Assembly: GCA_032128395.1 (NCBI GenBank)
Contig: JAQBGV010000193.1
Coordinates: 7,764-71,763, forward strand
Source of the DNA: Planctomycetota bacterium
GTDB taxonomy: Bacteria; Planctomycetota; UBA8108; UBA1146
Length of the DNA stretch: 64,000 nucleotides
Direction of reading: 5' to 3'
Numbering within the stretch: the first letter of the stretch is position 1; the number at the start of each line of letters is the position of its first letter. This document shows, one piece after another, positions 10,246 to 19,400 of the stretch. The position numbers were made by a program, and so were the translations under genes. Below the pieces are notes generated by a model that saw only the letters and a list, made by a program, of their open reading frames with translations, had not been told where the DNA came from and made no database searches.

Positions 10246-10727
10246 TCGAAGATTCTCGGCTCGAGTCGCTCATCCAGCGCAAGCTCGACGGGGAACTCAG
10301 CGATGCCGAACGAGTCGAGCTCGCCGAGGCGATCGCGAACGACCCCACCGCCTGCCGTCGACACGACGAATTCGTCGCCCTCGAGGGGCTGCTGTTCGCG
10401 GTCGGTCGCTCGGACCGCCCCGCGCTGGAGCCCGATCTCTCGCCCTTCGCCGACGATGGGGCGGTCCCGGATGAAGAGGAATTCCTGGGTTCCGCGGTGG
10501 GACTCTCGACCATCTTCGGAGCTCTCGCCCTGGCGGCGATCCTGTGGATCGGATCGATGTGGGTACCTCCGTCGCCCACGGCGCCGCCCGTTCGCGAAAT
10601 CGCTGCCCTCGAAGTCTGCTCCCTCTCCGACGGGTTCCTCGCGGTGCCCGGGGAGAGCGCGAATCCCGACATCCAAATCGTGTGGATCTACTCGCTGCAA
10701 CAACCCGCGGAAGGGAACGTACGATGA
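10242..10727 (+). CDS. anti-sigma factor (single TM segment)
   Basis: ATG 10242 overlaps the sigma stop (ATGA). N-terminal anti-sigma-like helix with Cys/His (ANDPTACRRHDEF) and a TM segment LSTIFGALALAAILWIGSMWV. Confidence 0.55.
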   Translation: MIEDSRLESLIQRKLDGELSDAERVELAEAIANDPTACRRHDEFVALEGLLFAVGRSDRPALEPDLSPFADDGAVPDEEEFLGSAVGLSTIFGALALAAILWIGSMWVPPSPTAPPVREIAALEVCSLSDGFLAVPGESANPDIQIVWIYSLQQPAEGNVR

Positions 10728-11671
10728 ACCGAGTCTCTCCGGCTCGACTGCTCGCAGGATCGGCCCTCTTCTTCTTCGCCGTCGCTTCTCCTCTCATCGC
10801 GCAATCGGACCCGGGCGCCATCCCGCGGCGCGAGGCACTGCGAGTGGTGGCCTACCCCCTCGAATCCGCAAACCCCGACGAGACCCAGAATCTGCTCGAG
10901 TCGCTCTTCCACGGAGATGGGCCGCTCGTGCGGATCACGAGTGACGCACGGACCAACACCGTGATCGTGTATGCGCCGGATTCGGTCCACACCCACGTTC
11001 GGGATCTGATCGGGACGCTCGATCGCCCCGTGAAGCAGACGCAAGTAGAGATGGAGACGGAGACGAGGGTCCTCATCTTCCAGCACATCACGGTGGACAG
11101 CCTGCGCCCAGTGGTGCAGCTGCACAACGTGCAGATCGCGACCAACGCCGCGACGAACAGCCTGATCGTGCGCGGCAAGACAGTCGAGATCGAACGTGTG
11201 GTCCAAACTCTCAGAGCCATCGATGTCGAGACCCCCTCGGTCGAACTCGAGTGCTGGCTTCTCGAGTCGGGCAGGGGCACGCAGATCGGGGATCATGTGG
11301 AGTTGAAGGGACTCGCTCCGGAGCTCGCGCGCGCGGGCCTCGAGGGGTTCGGAGTCTTCAGCCACATGGCGGTGCGCAGCCTCGCCGGGGAAAAGTTCGA
11401 CTCGAGTCAGAGCTTCGTGAACCGCCGGCTGCGGAACATGGCCCTCGGGGGAGTCGTACGGCTGGTGGACCAGGGCAAGACCGCGCAGATCGGGATCGGG
11501 ATCTCGATCTCGATGCAGCTCGATGAACTCGTGGACTCGAAGTCCTCGGGCAGCTTTCAACTGAACACCGAGCTGAGCACACAACCGGGCAAGTTGGTGG
11601 TCGTCGGCCTCGCCCCGACCGGGGACGAGAGTGCAAAGCCGCTGGTCCTGGTGCTGCGGGTGAAGAAGTAA
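10724..11671 (+). CDS. secreted protein with two secretin-N (NolW-like) type domains
   Basis: Signal peptide MNRVSPARLLAGSALFFFAVASPLIAQS. Two repeats show the secretin_N pattern (TNTVIVYAPDSVHTHVRDLIGTLDRP and NSLIVRGKTVEIERVVQTLRAIDVE). ATG 10724 overlaps the anti-sigma stop (ATGA). Confidence 0.45.
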   Translation: MNRVSPARLLAGSALFFFAVASPLIAQSDPGAIPRREALRVVAYPLESANPDETQNLLESLFHGDGPLVRITSDARTNTVIVYAPDSVHTHVRDLIGTLDRPVKQTQVEMETETRVLIFQHITVDSLRPVVQLHNVQIATNAATNSLIVRGKTVEIERVVQTLRAIDVETPSVELECWLLESGRGTQIGDHVELKGLAPELARAGLEGFGVFSHMAVRSLAGEKFDSSQSFVNRRLRNMALGGVVRLVDQGKTAQIGIGISISMQLDELVDSKSSGSFQLNTELSTQPGKLVVVGLAPTGDESAKPLVLVLRVKK

Positions 11672-11711
11672 CTTCCGTGAGGGTCTTCTCCGATGGTGGA
11701 GTCACTCCAGT

Positions 11712-11797
11712 GAGGGACTGTCCCGACGGCGGTCTGCAGAGCGGCTGCAGAGAGCTCAGCGCGGCCGCGCTGCAATCGACCGTCGGGACAGTTCCTC
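11712..11797. repeat. palindromic intergenic element, family B (GAGGGACTGTCCCGACGG ... CCGTCGGGACAGTTCCTC)
   Basis: Inverted arms at 11712-11729 and 11780-11797. The interior contains CTGCAGAG x2 and a perfect palindrome AGCGCGGCCGCGCT. Homologous copy at 27106-27174. Left-arm-only copies at 20564-20586 and 55875-55898. Confidence 0.7.
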
Positions 11798-11960
11798 GAC
11801 CAAGGTCGTCTTCGCGAACCCGGCGCACGACTTCCCCAAGAAGCTCACCTACGAACTCGTGGAAGACACCCTGACCGTGACGGTCGAGGGAGTGCGCGGC
11901 GGGGAGACGACGGGCTTCACGATCCGGTGGCGGCAGGCGCGCTGAGGCCGACTTCACCCC

Positions 11961-12470
11961 TCACCCCTCCAGCCGAATCCCCTCGTCCTCCGGGGTGAGC
12001 ACGATGCGGGCGACCGCATAGTAGAGTTCGGTGATCGGCACCAAGCCGATGGCGCGCCGTTTCTCGACGACCGGCAAGAACTCGAGTTCCAGCTCGCAGA
12101 CCTGCTCGATCATCGCGAGGATACGTTCGTCCGGATCCGCGACGGGGAGACCTCGGACCAGCGCATCGCGGACGGGGACGTTCACCCGCTCCGCCACTAC
12201 TTCGAGCAGCTCGGCCTCGAGCCTGGCGGGGCGGAACCCCTCGTCGCGCGTCGGACTCCAGTGGGCGAGCAGGCTCCGCAGGACCAACTTCGCGGTCAGG
12301 ACACCCTCGTAGCGATCATCGTCATCGACGACGATCAGCGCGTTCGGCACGGTCTTGTCCTCAGCACCCGTGACGAGGCGCGCGATCGCCTCGCCGAGCG
12401 GGCGGTCGCCGGGGATGGTCGCGAGTCGACTGTTCATCAGCTCGCGGGCGGTGACACTCTCAGGGGCCAT
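11961..12470 (-). CDS. CBS-domain pair protein
   Basis: CBS-like segments (MAPESVTARELMNSRLATIPGDRPLGEAIARL ... ALIVVDDDDRYEGVLT). The start is set at MAPESV; the 5' part of the track ORF overlaps the SulP gene. Confidence 0.55.
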   Translation of the reverse strand: MAPESVTARELMNSRLATIPGDRPLGEAIARLVTGAEDKTVPNALIVVDDDDRYEGVLTAKLVLRSLLAHWSPTRDEGFRPARLEAELLEVVAERVNVPVRDALVRGLPVADPDERILAMIEQVCELELEFLPVVEKRRAIGLVPITELYYAVARIVLTPEDEGIRLEG

Positions 12471-14706
12471 CGGCCTGCCCCTCTCGAGCCGCGAGCGCGA
12501 TCGAATGCGCCGAATAGAGACCCCGCAGGAGCTCCTCCGAGGATACCTGCCCCTGGATCCTCCCTTCGACATCGCAGATCGGCAGCACTTGCGCGGAGCG
12601 CGCCAGCGCGACTAGGAGAAGATCGGGGAGCGTGGTCGCAGACGTGAGGTGTTCGAGGTCACCGCGCGCGATGGTGTCGATGGTGCGCGCGAGGTTGCGG
12701 CGCAGGAGCTCCGCTACCTTCGCATCAGCGAGCGTGGATGCCGGGCCTGGTTCGATCCCTTCGGCGAGTTTCGCGAGGATGCGCCACGGGGTGAGCTCGC
12801 CGGAGAGTTTCCCTTCCTTGTCTTGGAGGAAGAGCGGCTCGGGGGAGATCGAGCGCTGATGCTTGTGCAGTTCCGACATCAACCATGCCGCTTCTCGGAC
12901 CTGGTGCTGGTTCCCGAAGCGGATGCAGCGAGCCGACATCAACTCGGCCGCGGTGGCGACCCGGGAGCGCAGCGCGATCGTGCTCATCCCCAGGTCGCCG
13001 CTCAGCCGCTCTTCGCGCTCGACGATGCTCCAGGCGCGGGCGAGCGCCAGCTCCATCGACTGGAAGAGCCGGTTGTCCGCGTAGAAGATGTTCTGCTCGC
13101 CGATCTTCCGGCGCAGCCCCGAGCCGGTCATCGTCCCCTTCAGGGTGTCTTCGATCCCGCAGACCACCAGGGTGATCCCCCGCTGGCGCAGGATCTCCCA
13201 GAAGTGCTCGAGCATCGCCATCGCAGTCCCCCCCACCGCGCGGAGACGCTTCATCCGGAGGACCACCACTCTCGTTTTGGGGGTGATGCACTGGAGCATC
13301 TCGTGATCCAGGTCCTCTGCTGCGGCGAAGTAGAGAGCGCCCGACATGTTGACCGTCACCACCGGAGTGGGCGCCGCGCGGTTGAAGGGCACTTCGTCGA
13401 ACCCTCCACCCTCCCGCGGAACAAGCTCGGTCAGGTCGGTGCGGCCGATCGTGCGCAGGAGCAGCACGATCGAGAGCGAGACGCCGGCGAAGATCGCGTA
13501 TTCGAGGGGGAGAATCAGGGTCGAACCGAGGGTGCCGACCAACACGATTCGCGAGTTTCGCCCGGTGCGCCAAGAGAGTCCGAGTCGGCGCTTGTCGACC
13601 ATCGAATAGGCGATGACGATCACCAGCCCCGCGAGGGACGCTTTCGGGATGTAGTTCGCGATCGGTCCGAGGGCGAGCAGCGCCACCGCGGTCCACACCG
13701 CCGAGAACGTCGCCGCGCCGCGGGTCCGTCCCCCCGCCTTGAAGTTCACCGCACTGCGAGTGAACGAACCCGAGCTCGCGAAGCAACTGAAGAAGGACCC
13801 GACCACCTTCGCGGCCCCCTGCGCAGCGAACTCGCGGTTGTAGTTCAGGCGCTGCCCCGATCGGCTGGCGATCGCCCGCGCGATCGATCCCGCCTCGATC
13901 AAGCCGAGCACCGAGAGAGCGAGAGCTCCGATCCCGAGTTCACGGGTCAATTCGTAGTCGAAGCTCCCGAGGAGCACGGGGGCGTGAAAGGGCGGGAAGC
14001 CGCCGGAGATCGGGCTCATGTCGCGGACGATCTCGATCCGGATCACGGACTCGGGGTCGTCCCACCCGAGCAGATACGCGGTGGCCCCGGCGATCAAGAT
14101 CGCGAGGAGGGCGGCGGGAATCCGCGGACTGATCTTCGGGATCGCGATCACCAGGGCGGCGGTGCCGAGCCCGATTCCCAGCGCGTAGAGATTGGTCTCG
14201 GGGACCCGCGCCAGCGTCTCGGTGAGCACCTCGTACGATCGCTCGGCGTGGACGGCGGAGATGTCGACCCCGAGCAGGTTCTTGAGCTGATTGACCGCGA
14301 TCAGGATCCCCGCCCCCGCGGTGAAGCCGATCACCACCGACTGCGAGACGTACCGCACGATCCCCCCCATGCGGAGGGCCCCGAAGGCGACCTGGAAGAG
14401 CCCGGTGAGGAACGAGAGGTAGAGGACGACTTCGAAGAGGTCGACGCCGTACTTCTTGGGGAGGTGGGCGGTCAGGCTGAGGATCAGCATGCAGAGAGCG
14501 TTCGTCGGGCCGGTGACGAGGTGCCGGGAACTGCCGAAGATCGCCGCGATGGCGCACGGGATGATCGCGGTGTAGATCCCGTAGACGGGGGGGAGCCCGG
14601 CGATCAGGGCGTACGCCATCCCTTGGGGCACCCCCATCACCGCCACGGTCAGACCGGCGACCGCGTCGCCCCGGGCGTCCTGGCGCAGGTAGCGGGCGAC
14701 CTTCAT
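12460..14706 (-). CDS. SulP-family anion transporter with C-terminal STAS and CBS-like extension
   Basis: MKVARYLRQDARGDAVAGLTVAVMGVPQGMAYALIAGLPPVYGIYTAIIP is the SulP signature, followed by multiple TM segments, a STAS region and a CBS-like tail (LPICDVEGRIQGQVSSEELLRGL). ATG at 14706. Confidence 0.85.
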   Translation of the reverse strand: MKVARYLRQDARGDAVAGLTVAVMGVPQGMAYALIAGLPPVYGIYTAIIPCAIAAIFGSSRHLVTGPTNALCMLILSLTAHLPKKYGVDLFEVVLYLSFLTGLFQVAFGALRMGGIVRYVSQSVVIGFTAGAGILIAVNQLKNLLGVDISAVHAERSYEVLTETLARVPETNLYALGIGLGTAALVIAIPKISPRIPAALLAILIAGATAYLLGWDDPESVIRIEIVRDMSPISGGFPPFHAPVLLGSFDYELTRELGIGALALSVLGLIEAGSIARAIASRSGQRLNYNREFAAQGAAKVVGSFFSCFASSGSFTRSAVNFKAGGRTRGAATFSAVWTAVALLALGPIANYIPKASLAGLVIVIAYSMVDKRRLGLSWRTGRNSRIVLVGTLGSTLILPLEYAIFAGVSLSIVLLLRTIGRTDLTELVPREGGGFDEVPFNRAAPTPVVTVNMSGALYFAAAEDLDHEMLQCITPKTRVVVLRMKRLRAVGGTAMAMLEHFWEILRQRGITLVVCGIEDTLKGTMTGSGLRRKIGEQNIFYADNRLFQSMELALARAWSIVEREERLSGDLGMSTIALRSRVATAAELMSARCIRFGNQHQVREAAWLMSELHKHQRSISPEPLFLQDKEGKLSGELTPWRILAKLAEGIEPGPASTLADAKVAELLRRNLARTIDTIARGDLEHLTSATTLPDLLLVALARSAQVLPICDVEGRIQGQVSSEELLRGLYSAHSIALAAREGQADGP

Positions 14707-14794
14707 CTCGACCGAGCCCCTCGATCCGCAGGACGTCCCCGTCAGCCCCGGACCCATGAGACGCAACCGGGGCCCGAGGGGCAAGGGATCCCTT

Positions 14795-14974
14795 GGATGG
14801 GACTGGCTCGCCGAAGGTGATGCCTGTCCCGGACGCCTCGCCTACCGGTTCACCTTCGTTCCAATAGGTCTGCGTCTCCCCGTTACCGGATCTTGTGCGA
14901 TCGTGATTGCTCGGAGTACCGCCCGAGGTTCGGGACAGGCATCAGCGCTGTGCGCTGAGCCAGTCCCATCATCC
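14795..14974. repeat. MITE-like element, family A copy 1 (~40-bp terminal inverted repeats)
   Basis: Left arm GGATGGGACTGGCTCGCCGAAGGTGATGCCTGTCCCGGAC (14795-14834). Right arm CGGGACAGGCATCAGCGCTGTGCGCTGAGCCAGTCCCATCATCC (14931-14974). Each arm is itself a GGGAC..GTCCC hairpin. The element is intergenic between SulP and the DUF4287-like gene. Confidence 0.8.
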
Positions 14975-15023
14975 AAGTCCTCGGGGAGTGACTCCACCCG
15001 CTCGATGTCAGGAACCGGATACT

Positions 15024-15653
15024 TCACCCGTCTAGTTCGTACGCGACCCGCAGCCACTTCTCCACCGTGCCATCGATCTCATCGACCGAGGTGATCGGAA
15101 TGCGGTGGGTGATCCGGTCCTTCTTCTCGATTCCACCGGTGTCGATCAGTCGAGCGGGAATCCTCCCCTTCGCCCCCTTCAGAGCGAGGCCGAAGTCGAC
15201 CCGGGAGCGCGTCGACGGCTTCACCTCGGCGATCACGTGCTCGCGGTAGACGGGGACGATCGTCTTGCACGGACAGATGAGGATGTCTTTCCCGATCGAG
15301 CGGGCGAGCGCGACGAGCGCATCGTGAACCGGGCGCAGCTCCGCCTTCGCTCCGGAATACATCGTCTCGACGTACTCGCTCGCCTGACGCAGATACGCCT
15401 TCGCGTCGGTCCATTCGGCGCAGCGGCCGATGCTCAGGTCGGCGAGCATCCCTGCAGTCGTCATCCCGAGACCGTGTTCGGCCTTCAACCAGGCGCGGCG
15501 CGCCTTCGACTCGGCGGGGAGCTTCGCGCGAGCGATGAGACGGTTCCACTGCTCGACCGAACGTCCGGTCTTCTCGGGGATGTTCTCGACCACCTTCTGC
15601 GCGTAGGCGACGGACGGGTGAAGATCGTAGGACGCAGCCTGACGTCGAACCAT
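15024..15653 (-). CDS. DUF4287/DUF5655-like domain protein
   Basis: Start MVRRQAASYDL... with a GAGGAG SD 7 nt upstream. The sequence pattern (AYAQKVVENIPEKTGRSVEQW...; ICPCKTIVPVYREHVIAEVKP) resembles DUF4287 plus DUF5655 as far as I recall. The family assignment is tentative. Confidence 0.45.
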   Translation of the reverse strand: MVRRQAASYDLHPSVAYAQKVVENIPEKTGRSVEQWNRLIARAKLPAESKARRAWLKAEHGLGMTTAGMLADLSIGRCAEWTDAKAYLRQASEYVETMYSGAKAELRPVHDALVALARSIGKDILICPCKTIVPVYREHVIAEVKPSTRSRVDFGLALKGAKGRIPARLIDTGGIEKKDRITHRIPITSVDEIDGTVEKWLRVAYELDG

Positions 15654-15760
15654 GGGGAGGCTCCTCTCGGTGGACCACAGTATTCCTACCGTCCCCCATT
15701 CCAACCCTCAAGCAGGGACCTGCTTGGGGTCGCGATCGGTCTGCGACTCGACGGAAGCGC

Positions 15761-16204
15761 TCAATCCGCTTCCGGGTTCGCCGCTCCCCACGGCGAACTG
15801 GGACTCGACTGATCGGACGCTCCCCACCACCAAGGTGGATCGGACTTCACCTCCGAGCGAACCCCAATTTCGAGGATCGTCTGTTCGATCACCTTCCCCT
15901 CGGGGGTCCAGCGGGTGGAGCGGATCGACGTCTCATCGTCGGCGCGAAGGTCGTACACGAGGTACCCGGTCCGTTCGCTAAAGAGGAGGATCCGTTTCGC
16001 CTCCATCGCCGTCTTCTCGAATCGAGGAGTGAGGCGCCACCCCACCACAGATTCACCCCCGAACTCCTGCGAGACCTTCTCCCGTTCGAAGCGCACCCAA
16101 GTCACGAGTTCACTCCCCGCGAAAAAGACGAAGACGATCGCCGCGATCGGCACGGACGCGATCAGTGCTCGTCGCACCCGGCGCGACGGGACTCGGTCGG
16201 TCAT
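15761..16204 (-). CDS. small membrane-anchored hypothetical protein
   Basis: MTDRVPSRRVRRALIASVPIAAIVFVFFAG is an N-terminal TM anchor, followed by a ~110-aa soluble domain. No domain recognised. Confidence 0.4.
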   Translation of the reverse strand: MTDRVPSRRVRRALIASVPIAAIVFVFFAGSELVTWVRFEREKVSQEFGGESVVGWRLTPRFEKTAMEAKRILLFSERTGYLVYDLRADDETSIRSTRWTPEGKVIEQTILEIGVRSEVKSDPPWWWGASDQSSPSSPWGAANPEAD

Positions 16205-16496
16205 CGGGGTGCTCCCCTCTTTCCACTCGTCCGACGGGTCCTCGCCGGGTACCCGCCCATCATGGCCCAGGAACCGGGCTTGGGCACGAACTCCAGCCCG
16301 GAGCGAGCCCACCGCGTCCGAAGACTGAGTTGCGCCCAGGGGTGCATTCGTGTTGAAATGCGTCGGCTATCACGCCATCTCGGAGGCTCAGAGGAGGGTC
16401 TCCGAGCGGGCTCGTCTGATCCGAAACAAGAAGCGAAGCATCCTCCCGCGGAATCGGGTCGCTCTGGTCCCGTGCGGTGGGTCGCGATCGTCGAGA

Positions 16497-19400
16497 GTGA
16501 GGTGGGGTGTGACGGTGCTCAATGCCGCGCGTGGGGCATTCATCGCGGCGGTCCTCGGAGCACTGCTCCTGACCTCCCCCGCGCAGGCCTTTACCGGTTG
16601 TGTGAACTCTGCCACCGCCGGCCATTACACCGTCGACTTCCTCGGCGTCGCCTACAACCCAGACGGCACGAGCACCTGGAACTACACCGTCACGTGGGAC
16701 GGTATCCCCCCTTCGCTCAGCCACTTCACGCTGAAGCTCTGCCATCAGGCCGAAGTGATCTCATCCGTTCCCGCGGGAGCGGAGGTCGGGTACGACGGAT
16801 CGACCGGTCTCTACGGGATCAAGTGGGACGACGTCACCATCGAAACCCCGGGCGTTCCGGTCCCGTTCACCTTCACGCTCGATCAGCCCTACGCGATCTC
16901 AGGGACGATCTTCGCGGCGAAGGCGGGGCCGTACCCGAACTTCGGCTGGATCTGCGGGCCGAGCAAGAAGTGCAAACTCGCACTCGTGCCCCCCAGCGAC
17001 CTCGTCTGCACCGTCCTCGATCCGTGCACCTGCGAAACACTGCTGACCTGGACGAACATCAGCGTGGTCGACCTGATCAACGTGCGGGTCGACGGGGTTC
17101 TGGTTGCAACTCTCCCCGGCGACACGACCTCCACCATCATCACCGTGAAGCCCGGGACCCACGCGATCGAGGTCACCGGGGTCATCGATCCTGCCGGCGA
17201 CGGCTACCAGCACGGGGGCGGTTCATACCCCTTTGGTGGCGGCGGGTATGGGGATGATGACGACGACGACGATGACGACGACGACGACGACGATGACGAC
17301 GACGACGACGACGGCAACCCGGGAGACAACGACCAGGAGACCGACCCCGCGATCTGCGAGGTCATCTGCCCCGACCACACCCCGGTCCCCCCCAAGGATC
17401 TCGTCTGCACTCCCGACCCGCTCGACTGCTCGGTCACGGTCTCCTGGGTGAACTCGCGCGACTACACCGAGATCATCGTCTTCCTCGATGGCCTCCCCTT
17501 CGAAACACTGCCGGGGAGTGCGACGAGCACGATGATCGGCGGGCCGCTGATCGGTTCGCACGGGGTCTGCCTGGCGGGCACGACGACGTGCGGCGACCCG
17601 TTCGCCGAGGTCTGCTGCCAGTTTTCCTGCGATGACCCCACCCCACCCCCGGTGACCGACCTCGTCTGTGAGGTCGCGGACATCTGCACCTGCGAGACCG
17701 AGGTCTCGTGGACGAACGGGGCGGCGAACTACGATTCGATCGAGGTGTTCGTCGACGGGAACTCCGCCGCGATCCTTCCAGGGTCGGCGACCTCGACGGT
17801 CGTCCTTCTCGGCGGGCCGGGAGAACACGTGATCTGCGTCGTCGCGACCCGGAACGAGTTCACGAGTGAGTTCGCCTGCTGCGGCGCGAATTGCCCGGCC
17901 ATCCCCGACGATCCTCCTTTCGCTCTGACCTGCGACGCGCCGCCGGCGCCGAATTGCGAGGCGAGCGCGATCTGGCTCGGGGGCGGCGTGTACTCCCAGA
18001 TCGAGGTTCTTCTCGACGGGGTCGTGGCCCAGGTTCTCCCCGGCGATACGTTCGAGACCACCGTGGCGATCCCCACCTCGGGGCCGCACGAACTCTGCCT
18101 GCGGGCGACGACGATCTGCGGGGTCGTGCTTCCGGACGTCTGCTGCACGGTCGAGTGCATCGGACCCCCCGACCCGATCACCGATCTGACCTGCACACTC
18201 GTCGACCTGTGCAAGTGTCTCTTCACGCTCGACTGGACCAACGGGAACCCCGACTACGACACAATCCAGGTCCTGATCGACGGGGTGCTCCACGAACGGA
18301 TCCCGGGCGACACGACCTCGCTCGCGCTGACGCTCCCCACCCCTGGCCTCCACGAAATTTGCCTGGTCCCGGTTCGCGCCGCGCTGCCCGGTCCCGAGAC
18401 GTGCTGCTCGGTGGACTGCCCCGACGTGCCCCCGGCGATGCCGGAGAATCTGGTCTGCACTTTTGACCCTCTGACGTGCATCTTCACGGTGATGTGGTCG
18501 AACCCGGTCCCGTACTCATCGCTCGAGATCTTCGTCGACGGCGTCGCCGCCGGGACCGCTCCGGGGGGCGCGTCCTCCTTCTCGATCCCGTTCCCGCTCA
18601 TCGGCCAGCACGAGATCTGCGTGGAGGGAACGACGATCTGCGAAGAGGTGACCCCCGCCGCGTGCTGTTCGGTCGAGTGCCAGATCCAGCCGCCCCTGCC
18701 GGTGCTCGATCTGGCGTGTGGGGTGGTCGATCCGTGCACCTGCATCGTCGCCGTCGCGTGGACGAACCAGGAGGCGAACTACGTCTCCGTCGAGGTCACC
18801 GTCGACGGAGTTCCATTCGCTTCCTTGGCCGGTACTGCGACCAACCTCGCGGTGACGCTCCCGGGTCCGGGAAACCACGTGATCTGCGTCTTCCCGATCC
18901 GCAACGGGGTCTCCGGCGATCAGGTTTGCTGCAAGGCGAACTGCCCGATCACCGACCCGATCCCCCCCGTGCTGCTCGAGTGTGTCGTCGACAAGCCGTC
19001 CGCGACCGCCACGATCAGTTGGCTGCCATCCGCGCTCTACTCCCAGGTCGAAGTGTTCCTGAACGGCGTGCTGGTCGAGACAGCGCCGGGGGACGCGACT
19101 TCGGCGTCGGTAGTTCTGACGCTGCCCGGCGTGAACACTCTCTCGCTGATCGCGACCACCGTCTGCGGTGAGGTGACCCCCGCGGTGAGTTGTGAGGTCA
19201 CCTCGGGGCTGACCCCGGTGATGATCAACGGACTCAGCTGCTCTCTCGTGTCCCAGTGCACCTGTGACGCGACGGCGACGTGGACCAACGGCGAGCTGTA
19301 CGACTCGATCATCATCCAAGTCAACGGGATCGTGGTCGCCACGCTCCCCGGAGATGCCGTCACGGCAGACTTCACTCTGGGAGCCCCCGGCACGCGCGAG

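Noticed and set aside
12649-14820. 723-aa + strand ORF antisense to the SulP transporter
   Set aside because: Arg/Pro/Gly-rich and domain-less. The opposite strand encodes an unmistakable SulP.
17204-17437. Minus-strand poly-Ser ORF
   Set aside because: Reverse-frame reading of the (GAY)20 Asp-codon run.
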